A program made the translations under genes and the position numbers. From positions 32,001-96,000 of IMG/VR virus record IMGVR_UViG_3300035695_000002: DNA of 64,000 nt, one strand, 5' to 3'. The stretch's first letter is position 1. Every line of letters starts with the position of its first letter. Under the pieces are notes generated by a model, which searched no databases, was not told the DNA's origin, and was given only the letters and a program-made list of their open reading frames with translations. The DNA is from a virus. Positions 56,401 to 64,000 of the stretch are shown here, in pieces.

Positions 56401-57559
56401 TAGGAGTACAATATCCTTTATGTTTTGGATTTACAGCCCCCTGTATCCAGTTACCCCCATTCTTGGCTTGTTCCATATTGTTATTATTTGAAAAATCTGT
56501 CAACTGCTTCAGTTTCTTCAACTGTCCTTTATCTTGTTTTCCCATAGGATATTCTGTTACATTACTACCTTGAAATTTATATTGTCCTTCTGGTTGCATT
56601 AATTGAGTATGACCAGTGTTACTTACTCCTAATACAGGGTAGGGCACATTACTCATTGTTATATCAGGGGAGTTGATTTTTGTTACTTTCCCAGGATGTG
56701 CCCATTGACCTCTATTATCATTAATTGGTTGTTCTTGTTGAAAATAATCCAACATTCCATTGTTAACCTTCTGATAATCATGAGGATATTTATCATAAAG
56801 TGTTTGTCTAACACTATCTCTTTTCTGATTTCTTTTCTTTAATGCTTTTACATCAAACATTCCACCATCCTGCATCCCCTTAGTTTTGAAATCCTGCCCA
56901 TGTTGATAATAAACCATTCCTCCATCTTGTAATTCCATTCCATTTATATGAGAGGTCTTCTTTACTCCACTATATGTGGTGTCAGAAGAGAAGGATTGAG
57001 GAAGAGAAAAACGTCTTCTAAGTAAATCATTAGGACTTTCTTGTCCTAATTTAGTAGTCATATACCCTATATCATTAGGATTTACCCCTTTAGGGATAGG
57101 AGTATTATATAATTTTTGTTGATCTATATAAGGCATTCTATACATAGTTCCTCTTTGTAGGGTGTCTGCTGTATTATATCCTTGTTTTCTCCATGATTCT
57201 ACAGGAAATATAGAAGCTCCTTTTTGAGCAGAAGCTTTAGTTTTCTTAGAATATTTACCATTAGAAGGTGTACTACCTGTTCTAGCATATGTAAAACCTA
57301 CAGATCCAGGCATACTTCCTCCCATTTGAAACTGTCCTCCCCAAGCTGGAGATTTCCAGTTTTTACTATTGTATCCGCTTCCTACAAATCCACTAGGTAA
57401 ATGAGTGAAATTGTTATTCTCATTCTGCATTGTTATACCTAAATTAGCATTAGCCACATAACCAAAATAACGTCTCTGTTTATCTGTTATAGGTTTTCCA
57501 TGAGCAGTGCCATCGTGTAATATTTCTGCTGCCTTAGCTTTGGAGAGTTTCTTTGCCAT
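53465..57559 (-). CDS. virion cargo protein with repeated [QK][DN]GG-like motifs
   Basis: 1364 aa rich in Q/G/K/N, with a glycine-zipper hydrophobic segment (GSTLGGAVGSFFGPVGGLVGTAVGAIAGG) and 'SHADGG...EVEGGE'. Confidence 0.68.
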   Translation of the reverse strand: MAKKLSKAKAAEILHDGTAHGKPITDKQRRYFGYVANANLGITMQNENNNFTHLPSGFVGSGYNSKNWKSPAWGGQFQMGGSMPGSVGFTYARTGSTPSNGKYSKKTKASAQKGASIFPVESWRKQGYNTADTLQRGTMYRMPYIDQQKLYNTPIPKGVNPNDIGYMTTKLGQESPNDLLRRRFSLPQSFSSDTTYSGVKKTSHINGMELQDGGMVYYQHGQDFKTKGMQDGGMFDVKALKKRNQKRDSVRQTLYDKYPHDYQKVNNGMLDYFQQEQPINDNRGQWAHPGKVTKINSPDITMSNVPYPVLGVSNTGHTQLMQPEGQYKFQGSNVTEYPMGKQDKGQLKKLKQLTDFSNNNNMEQAKNGGNWIQGAVNPKHKGYCTPMTKSTCTPRRKAFAKTMKKHHGFHKDGGTVPYGQNGYQTLDLSQYNTTAPNFGPPQGMAYQPLNLGQQPQSQGSYGNYQAPQLNLDQTDYSLPKKTVAGNIINGVSVIGGVVRGLKMLKAEKKQKQAAEQNFQLSSLAAKASETRPEAVKRKYVRPEDMVIQPDQMFPSTGVGTNYLSGKNGVSVIGEIQNTYAPHTLYDDLGYEPLNESGKKKQFKNGGKKAQWGAIASGIAQSAANSYVQGQVNQYGQAIGASIGSGRLQAAGNAGSQIGSTLGGAVGSFFGPVGGLVGTAVGAIAGGAIDKNGKRINRFNDLSNVNLNKIGLQQGVRNMQTQNSSFMENGGFLSHNWNPQVITKFGDYTAKEVYDVAHEGLHSLRTGGNIRQNTMAMGGELKVHGGGHAESISSNPYLPDNGETVMFRGKSHADGGMPISFGKQPVEVEGGEPAVKLQDGGTGEDNLVVFGNMKIPSYGVNEIGDKDAKGMKFKNYIAKLSEREEKQNKVVNKGLKLINDTDDRDAFDQLKIASGKALLEGGNMKLKLLAEQKQAAGNVQNAILETAHEHNLDSDALAKGKIKKAKNGANMRYAQSGDTGKSNSAAADLNLLNIFGDYKNKISEYITPEQKDEYIKTGHIPTENPNVLKKAFYNQVSTKGSKNYNEWFKEKYSKNKGKVIDSPWGKQLMELAKPSGSEKYVGIKGGEVAPNMDSAPAYHPFTMDEIGPSGSSKVQLENNPSSKTAKDFKFKGFNAGDAFNSLWPYFRPTNQIGLDPNQLAGEYYALSNNTLDPVNAQKYSPLLDQPYDISFQDQLNANQSDFNALQRQTAYNPAAQSILAGQKYAANSNVLGAQFRANQANKAGIYSKNRDTVNDASLKNLALLDQQYVRQAQAKSNTKATAQMALSSIASKIQQNKLENRTLGVYENLYGYRYDDQGRAYNLNGLAQFNIPEVGKDLSVDQLQSLIDQKKKNKAKNGYLVKALK

Positions 57560-57560
57560 A

Positions 57561-58433
57561 TTATAAATAACTTATTTGTGCAGGTGCTACAAGGAATTGA
57601 CTAACTACGTGAATGTCACTACGATTATCCAAAATTTGTCTAACTTTCAAATCTTTAGCTCTAATTGTAAATTTCTTAAATGATTGAGATGTATATATCA
57701 TATTACTCTGATTCAGTTCTTTATCTATAGAAAGAGACTGACAAGAATTTATAAATAAAGGAATAGTTTTATCTTTTACAACATCCCAAAATGTATTATA
57801 TTGATAGAAGTTGTCTCTTTTAGAGAACAGGATGGTTTTACTATCTGTGTTATATTTGGGATAGGAAAGATAAGCTTTCAGGTTATTTTGAGGTTTATCA
57901 ACTAATTGTAATACACCTGAAGACTGTTGATCGTTGTAAATGATGCTTTTGTTAAAGTAATCACTATCAGTTTCTATCTTTCTATTGTAATTAAATACTC
58001 CATCGTCTGTAGAAAGGTATTTATACACCTTGGTGTAATCCTTTACATTTTGTACAATTTCATCATGATATTGATAAGCAAAAGGATATTCTATTATATA
58101 AGGAGCAATACATCCATAGAAGTTGTTATACAACACAGGATTGGTAAGATGTCTCCATAATGAAGAAGTATTAGCTTCCTGAAACTTCATGGCTGCTAAG
58201 TCTATCTGTGTTATTGTAGATACCGGAATATTCCATGTTTTAGAACAGCAATTTATTCCTGTAGAACTAAGAATTATTACATTAACGGAAGCATCTATTA
58301 TAAACGCTACTCCTGAAATAAGGTCAGCTTTGGACACATTGGTGGCTAGTACATTCCCCAAATCATCAGAGATGGAGAATGTAGATAGCCTGTTTCCAGC
58401 TTTTTTTAGCTTTATAATAATTCTATTAGTCAT
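57561..58433 (-). CDS. putative tail structural protein (possible C-terminal part of a split stabilization/muzzle protein)
   Basis: About 290 aa, beta-rich, with 'SLWRH...YNNFYG...PYIIEY' and 'FNKSIIYNDQQSSG.L.L'; TAATG-coupled to the upstream gene. Confidence 0.6.
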   Translation of the reverse strand: MTNRIIIKLKKAGNRLSTFSISDDLGNVLATNVSKADLISGVAFIIDASVNVIILSSTGINCCSKTWNIPVSTITQIDLAAMKFQEANTSSLWRHLTNPVLYNNFYGCIAPYIIEYPFAYQYHDEIVQNVKDYTKVYKYLSTDDGVFNYNRKIETDSDYFNKSIIYNDQQSSGVLQLVDKPQNNLKAYLSYPKYNTDSKTILFSKRDNFYQYNTFWDVVKDKTIPLFINSCQSLSIDKELNQSNMIYTSQSFKKFTIRAKDLKVRQILDNRSDIHVVSQFLVAPAQISYL

Positions 58434-59095
58434 TAGCAAGCATATGGGTTAACACAAGCAGTAGAAAGCACAATCGTTACCGTTGTACCGCCTATTACAA
58501 TTGTATCCCCGTTATGTTTAGTAGAACCATTTACTACAATTGAATTAAATCTTCTATATGAAAGAGTTCCGCAAGTCATAGGACTAGAACCACTACCCAT
58601 TCCTGAAGTAGAACCAGCAGGTATTGTTAATGTTCCAACTAACGCATCGCTCTCATTAAAAGGAGAACAAGCTCCTAAATCAGATCCATTAACCGTAGCA
58701 GAGGTTATATTTACCGCAGTAGAAGGAATGGCTGCTGACAAATCAAAGAAGAAATTGCCACTTTGATAACTAGTAAATGTCAAATTAGCAGTTCCTGGAT
58801 CAGGAGGAATTGTTGTAGTAGTTGTAGTAGTGCTTGTACTAGAAGTAGATGTTGTGGTGGTAGTAGTCAAAGAAATTGGTAAATCTACATAATTAGTACA
58901 TAATGCACTAGTCGATTTAACCCTTATTGTAGTAGCTGCATCAGGAACTAATACAGAAGTATATCCTGCTAAAAGAGAAGCTTTTGAAACTCCTGCTTCA
59001 AAAGCAGACAAATATCCGTCCACATTTGAATATAGATCAAAGGGACCTGTATCAGTTCCTGCTACTGTTAATGTTATTAATACTGTTTGTGCCAT
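58433..59095 (-). CDS. putative virion decoration protein: two beta domains joined by a Thr/Ser tract
   Basis: 'VLITLT.AG.DTGPF.LYS' N-terminal domain, then TTTTTTSTSSTSTTTTTTT, then a Cys-containing beta domain. Confidence 0.68.
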   Translation of the reverse strand: MAQTVLITLTVAGTDTGPFDLYSNVDGYLSAFEAGVSKASLLAGYTSVLVPDAATTIRVKSTSALCTNYVDLPISLTTTTTTSTSSTSTTTTTTTIPPDPGTANLTFTSYQSGNFFFDLSAAIPSTAVNITSATVNGSDLGACSPFNESDALVGTLTIPAGSTSGMGSGSSPMTCGTLSYRRFNSIVVNGSTKHNGDTIVIGGTTVTIVLSTACVNPYAC

Positions 59096-59107
59096 ATTTT
59101 TATATTT

Positions 59108-62100
59108 TTATAAACAAGCCATTGATGCACATGAATCGTGCGGTGTATAATTAAAGATGTTATTATCAGCAGGAGCATTTGTAATTGCTACTATTGAACA
59201 TACATTCCCATCATCCAGATAATAGAATTTTCCAATAACCACAGGGTTGACTGCTGTTATAACTCCTGCCCCCAAAGGATTGCAAATAGAACAAGCAAAT
59301 ATATTCACTGAATATTTTGCTTCTTGTAAAGCTGTTCCCTCTAACCCACAATCTGGAGCTATTGTAGTAGTGGTAGACGTTGTTGTTGTAGTTCCTAATG
59401 CAAATCCTTCTACATCACAATTGGGTGTATAAGCAGATCCAGCTAATCCACAATTGTATACAACTGTGGTTGTAGTGGTTGTAGTAGGAGATTGTACTTC
59501 TATAGCAGCTATTGCTTCTAAATCACATCCTTCATTTAATCCAGAATAGAAGAAATTATTCTCTGCTATATAGAAATTAGGAATATAACTATGGAAACTT
59601 GTCCAACTTTGTGTATTTACATTATATGAAAGAGTCCATGATTTATTACAGAAATACGTAATATCCGTTAAATCTACTTTTTTCCTGATTATAATAGGAG
59701 ATAAGGTGGTAGTAGAAGTAGTGGTAGCAGGATGAATTAATGTTGTTGTAGTGGATGTGGTTGGAGATTCTTGAGGATAGATTAAATCTATATAAAACTC
59801 CTGTAATACACTATCATACTTTATATCCTTACTTAATGGAATATAGTCTAATTTTGATATTATTACTCTATCAAACTTACTATCATATACCCCATGTAAC
59901 CCTATTCCATTGAAATGATTATCTGTATTTACATTAGGGAAATATCTTAATATTTCAAATGCTAGATGGTCTGTGAAAAATCTATTCATTCCACTACCAA
60001 AAGCAGACAAATCACTAACTCCATTTCCTGATACAAGAAATACTTGTCCTCTTTTGGCATCTATGGTTATCTGTCCTTGGGGGATTTTTAACAAAAGTTT
60101 ATTCTGACTCCCCACATATCCTAAGTCTGTCTCTGCAAAATCTATAGGAGGACTACTTCTAAATAATGTACTATTTCCCAGATAAGCAGCTTGGGGGTTG
60201 CTTGTATCAATTGTGAGTAAAGTATTGTATAACAAGCTCTTGTTCTCAAATCTAGCTAAAATGGCCTTATTTTGTATACCATCTAAAGATGTTAATTTTC
60301 CATAATTCTGAGGAAAATCAAAATAAGAAGATGCTCTATATATTAACCAACTATTTATCCTATTATCTGTAAAAGACTGTTGAGGATCTGAATATACTGT
60401 TCTAAATGGAAAATGTGTAAAACACAATTGTTGTGTCCAATTTAAAGGAAGATGTGTAAACAAATTTTCCTTATTCTGCTTGGAATAAGACACATTGTAG
60501 TAATATGTATTATCGAATATAATAGGAACAAAGCTCTCTTGTACCCAATCATCAGGAATATCAGTACTTACATGAGGAAAGAAATCTCCTTCTCTATTAT
60601 TAAACGCTTGTCTTAAATCCACATTCACACTGGATTCGCAATAAAATGTAGGAATTCCATAAGCAAACATGTACATTTTACCATCGTAATAAGTTCTTCC
60701 AGGGTTTACCACTGGAGGAGTAATGGTAGGATTTGGTGCAGGAAGTTGATTATTTGGACAATCTAAATAATGAGCTTTTATAGATATTAGATTTTTACCA
60801 TAAATACCTGCAAACTTGTAATCATATAGAACAGACCTAGCAGAATGCCAATATTGAGGATAGGCCACATTCCCTATTTCATCATAGAAAATATCACTAT
60901 CATCAGGAGCACCCACTCTATTATCTATAAAGAATGGAAGCTTTGTTTTGAATGAAAATCTATTAATAAAGGTATCTCCTCCAAATATAGTAACATCTGT
61001 AGGAGCACCGTTCAATATATCTTGTGTATTTACAAGAGTTTGAAATCCTGTATCAATAGTATCATAAGAGTACATTTGACCCCATTGATTGAGAATAATA
61101 TCCTTAAGTGATCCATAGTAAGAAACTACACTTATATCAAACTGTTTTTGAGGATTTGAACAGTCTTGTTGAGAGTTTACATATCTAGACTTATCTTCTA
61201 TAGCACTTGTACTGTCTGGAAGGGTTAAAGAAGGAGTTTGGCTAGCAAATGGTAATGGAGTAGTAGTTCCTTTAGTTTTTAGATATAAAGAGGATTCTCT
61301 ATTGTAATTATTGATAATATGAGTATCTCCAAGAGACTCTACAACAGGAATAAGATATTGGCATATATCTAGTTCTCTTTGCTTAATTCCCAGATTATTG
61401 TCTATTTCAGCATTATAATTATAACTTGCTATTGAATTATAACTCCATCCATAATTTCTTCTAGTTATTCCATTTACATAAATGGTAAGGTATGCCTGAT
61501 AAGCAGTGAACATTGCTGTAGCATTGAAAGGAGCTGTTATATTTGCTATGTTATAACTAGAATTTAAAGCATCTTCTTGAGCCTCCTTTGTAAGAAGTTT
61601 ATACAATGCATTTTTCTTCACTTCTACAAAATGTCCTTTTCCTGCTCCAAATACAACATCTTCTAATTTTAAGACTGTTCCTAGAAAAGGTTGTCCAAAT
61701 GATGTTTCTGGAGAATTTAATACATATCTATATTTACTATCATCAGTGGTAAAAGCTGAAAGATTATTAGGATAGCAAAGAATATTCTTAAATGTGTTTA
61801 CTTGTTGTATTGTTCCAAAACTAAACGGCCATAATGTAGGAACTGTTCCTTCTTTTACTAATATAGTGGCAGGAGAATTTAGATACACAAGTATAGTTTG
61901 TGGATTATTGTCTACATCAATATAAGCAAATGTAGAATAACCTATACTAGATGTAAGAAGATATGTATCTGAGCTTATTACAACTATTGGAGCTGTATAA
62001 GTTCCTGTCAATATTACAGGAAGAGTTAAAGAACATACTGTTATAGTAGTACCAGCAGTCATTGTTGCTACAGTAGTAGTATTGGTAAAACAGTCAGTGT

Positions 62101-63991
62101 ATTGATATGTTCCATCTCCTGTAACTGCAAACTTATAAGTATAACATAATGCATTAAAAGCATTAGGTTTTTCTAATAAGAAAGGATCTTCTCTTAAGTC
62201 ATTATAAGGATAGTTAGCGAAAAAATAATCTGTTCCTTCTCTTGTGTATTTTCCTACATTCCTTAATATACCTTTTGCTATTATGGATTTGTTAGTACTT
62301 CTATCTCCTCTTACTATCTTAAATCCTGCAATACTATCCTTTTGGTCTTGTGTTAGATTGGAAGCAATTATAAATTGCCATACTTGCTCTATATTAAGTT
62401 TTACCCCTATAGGGAAAATAGCAGATTTCTCCATCACTGGAGTAATAGGAGATCCTGAAGTGTATAAAGAGCTTTCGAATATAGGACTAACTAAAACATC
62501 TGGAAACTTGTGATGTCTTATAGGTTGACCAGCCAATTCTCCCCATACATCACTGTTACATGGGTAGGTCTCTGTGGATTCCCAGTATGAGAATTTTCCA
62601 TACTGATATGGACCTTTATAAGAAGGATCAGAAGTAAAACCTCCATCAGTAGCTATAACACTTCCTGTATTATATATCTGCCAATATGGCAAACTATTAG
62701 TTAATGGATTAGGAGTCCCTATAAAATCAGGATTGGTAGAAGGAACGTCTAATAAATCAAGAGCTTCTGCCACTCTACCTGGAATATGAAAACCATCTGT
62801 TTGCTTACCGTTCTTTAAAAGGAAAACAATCTCAAATGGATAGATTTCGTCTCTTAAGTATCCTCTTAAATTAGTAGCATTTAACTCATCTGCATAGTTT
62901 TCCGTAGAAGGAATTCTATAAGTTTCCCAGAATAGTGTAATTTTACTAGCAATTTGTTGGTAATTTATCCTATCTATAGATGTAAGTTGATCCCACACTA
63001 ATATATCTTGTACATTAGTCACATCTTGAGCAACATCATAAAAAGGAAACTTCTCAAATATATCTGCTATAGTTAACTGTACTTGTGTCTGATTCTGACC
63101 ACTATATATGATTTGTTTTCTTATATTATCTATAGTGTAAGTTCCTATAAGTTGAACAGATGGTACACCATTAATAGTCTTTATTACAGCTACATTGAAA
63201 TATTGAAAGTATCCTGTAGCATCTATATTCGAAATATCCAGCACAATAGACTTGTTTACATTATAATTGAAATTTAATGTATCTATTTGAGGATTTGCTA
63301 AAGGAACAGGATTTGTAACAGAATAATAGGATGTATAAGCATCTCCTGCTACATCACAGTATTGAATAGCAAACTGATAAGTTCCTGCCAAATTGTCACC
63401 TCCATTTATAACATCTACTACTTGTAGATTAGGAATAGCAAAATTAGGCTGTATTTTAAGCTTATTACAATCTATTTGTTTAAAAGTCTTTACATCACAA
63501 ATAGTACTTTCTATTAACGTTCTATAAGGAATCTTGTTTAGATCAAGAAATCTTCTAGGATTTATACCATCTGTCCAATATATCTCTGTAGAACAGTTAG
63601 TTATTTTATGTACTATTTTATGAATAGGATGATTGATGTCAAAATTTAAACAATTATCCTCTATATAAGTATGATAGAGACAATCATTGTTATCCATGTA
63701 TCCTATCTGAGAATCTCCTGTATTAGGATTTACTAAGAAGAATATGTGTTTATTTTGTTCCTGAATGAAATGATTACCTATAAGTTTGAAATCTTCAGGA
63801 AATTGTAAACATAAGTTATTTCCTTGTTCATTTTGATAGGATATACTATTAGCATCAAAGTTTTCAACTGCTCCATTTAAAGAGTACGTAGTTTGTCCTT
63901 TAGGGATTTGATTCATAGAACTATCCATGTTCATTCCTGTTCTAAGAGCATTGTTCTCTTGTCTTATATTAGATTCTTGTTGATCAGCCAC
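59108..63991 (-). CDS. tail stabilization (muzzle-like) protein
   Basis: 1627 aa with a GTG start and motifs 'GMNMD', 'IYWTDGINP.R', 'GYLRDEIY.F.I', 'IRHHKFPD', 'FGGDTFI', 'W.LSY....W.SFHSY.P'; lies upstream of the cargo genes. Confidence 0.75.
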   Translation of the reverse strand: MADQQESNIRQENNALRTGMNMDSSMNQIPKGQTTYSLNGAVENFDANSISYQNEQGNNLCLQFPEDFKLIGNHFIQEQNKHIFFLVNPNTGDSQIGYMDNNDCLYHTYIEDNCLNFDINHPIHKIVHKITNCSTEIYWTDGINPRRFLDLNKIPYRTLIESTICDVKTFKQIDCNKLKIQPNFAIPNLQVVDVINGGDNLAGTYQFAIQYCDVAGDAYTSYYSVTNPVPLANPQIDTLNFNYNVNKSIVLDISNIDATGYFQYFNVAVIKTINGVPSVQLIGTYTIDNIRKQIIYSGQNQTQVQLTIADIFEKFPFYDVAQDVTNVQDILVWDQLTSIDRINYQQIASKITLFWETYRIPSTENYADELNATNLRGYLRDEIYPFEIVFLLKNGKQTDGFHIPGRVAEALDLLDVPSTNPDFIGTPNPLTNSLPYWQIYNTGSVIATDGGFTSDPSYKGPYQYGKFSYWESTETYPCNSDVWGELAGQPIRHHKFPDVLVSPIFESSLYTSGSPITPVMEKSAIFPIGVKLNIEQVWQFIIASNLTQDQKDSIAGFKIVRGDRSTNKSIIAKGILRNVGKYTREGTDYFFANYPYNDLREDPFLLEKPNAFNALCYTYKFAVTGDGTYQYTDCFTNTTTVATMTAGTTITVCSLTLPVILTGTYTAPIVVISSDTYLLTSSIGYSTFAYIDVDNNPQTILVYLNSPATILVKEGTVPTLWPFSFGTIQQVNTFKNILCYPNNLSAFTTDDSKYRYVLNSPETSFGQPFLGTVLKLEDVVFGAGKGHFVEVKKNALYKLLTKEAQEDALNSSYNIANITAPFNATAMFTAYQAYLTIYVNGITRRNYGWSYNSIASYNYNAEIDNNLGIKQRELDICQYLIPVVESLGDTHIINNYNRESSLYLKTKGTTTPLPFASQTPSLTLPDSTSAIEDKSRYVNSQQDCSNPQKQFDISVVSYYGSLKDIILNQWGQMYSYDTIDTGFQTLVNTQDILNGAPTDVTIFGGDTFINRFSFKTKLPFFIDNRVGAPDDSDIFYDEIGNVAYPQYWHSARSVLYDYKFAGIYGKNLISIKAHYLDCPNNQLPAPNPTITPPVVNPGRTYYDGKMYMFAYGIPTFYCESSVNVDLRQAFNNREGDFFPHVSTDIPDDWVQESFVPIIFDNTYYYNVSYSKQNKENLFTHLPLNWTQQLCFTHFPFRTVYSDPQQSFTDNRINSWLIYRASSYFDFPQNYGKLTSLDGIQNKAILARFENKSLLYNTLLTIDTSNPQAAYLGNSTLFRSSPPIDFAETDLGYVGSQNKLLLKIPQGQITIDAKRGQVFLVSGNGVSDLSAFGSGMNRFFTDHLAFEILRYFPNVNTDNHFNGIGLHGVYDSKFDRVIISKLDYIPLSKDIKYDSVLQEFYIDLIYPQESPTTSTTTTLIHPATTTSTTTLSPIIIRKKVDLTDITYFCNKSWTLSYNVNTQSWTSFHSYIPNFYIAENNFFYSGLNEGCDLEAIAAIEVQSPTTTTTTTVVYNCGLAGSAYTPNCDVEGFALGTTTTTSTTTTIAPDCGLEGTALQEAKYSVNIFACSICNPLGAGVITAVNPVVIGKFYYLDDGNVCSIVAITNAPADNNIFNYTPHDSCASMACL

Positions 63992-64000
63992 TTGTTATGC

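Noticed and set aside
17983-63277. Numerous short + strand ORFs opposite the late genes, and similar - strand ORFs in the left arm
   Set aside because: They are antisense shadows of long coding genes, with no motifs and a composition that mirrors the real strand.
1-64000. Stop-codon reassignment (TAG or TGA), as in some crAss-like phages
   Set aside because: Very long ORFs are intact in the standard code, and TAG and TGA both end genes at sensible boundaries.
1-64000. tRNA genes, CRISPR arrays, rRNA, integrase, or a reverse transcriptase/DGR
   Set aside because: None recognised by eye; intergenic gaps are mostly under about 100 nt and are explained by promoters, terminators or small ORFs. 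tRNAscan-SE was not run.

Overview
The window is 64 kb of an AT-rich lytic phage genome that best fits the Crassvirales (crAss-like phages). Repeated TTG-N19/20-TAnnTTTG promoters point to a Bacteroidota host, and ORFs read in the standard genetic code. Two convergent arms meet at a bidirectional terminator near 17.68 kb. The + arm (1-17.6 kb) carries replication, recombination and nucleotide-metabolism genes: SSB-like protein, primase, DUF932, UDG-like protein, PD-(D/E)XK exonuclease, MazG-like protein, ThyX, a DUF5664-HAD fusion, class II RNR, RecA, GroES, two GT2 glycosyltransferases and several free-standing homing endonucleases. The - arm (17.7-64 kb) carries a tail stabilization (muzzle-like) gene, four giant virion cargo genes including a 4030-aa virion RNA polymerase with the DFDID motif, fibre and spike genes, a lysis cassette and a sugar-modification cluster. 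The best candidate for an undescribed system is a phage-encoded, mucin-like virion O-glycosylation pathway. It combines a glycosyltransferase resembling plant peptide O-glycosyltransferases (GT95/GT96), further GT domains, a fused ketoreductase/C-methyltransferase for a branched deoxysugar, and six poly-Thr tracts in four likely virion proteins. A circularly permuted histidine phosphatase domain in a cargo protein is also notable. All family calls come from motif recognition by eye; no database searches were run.
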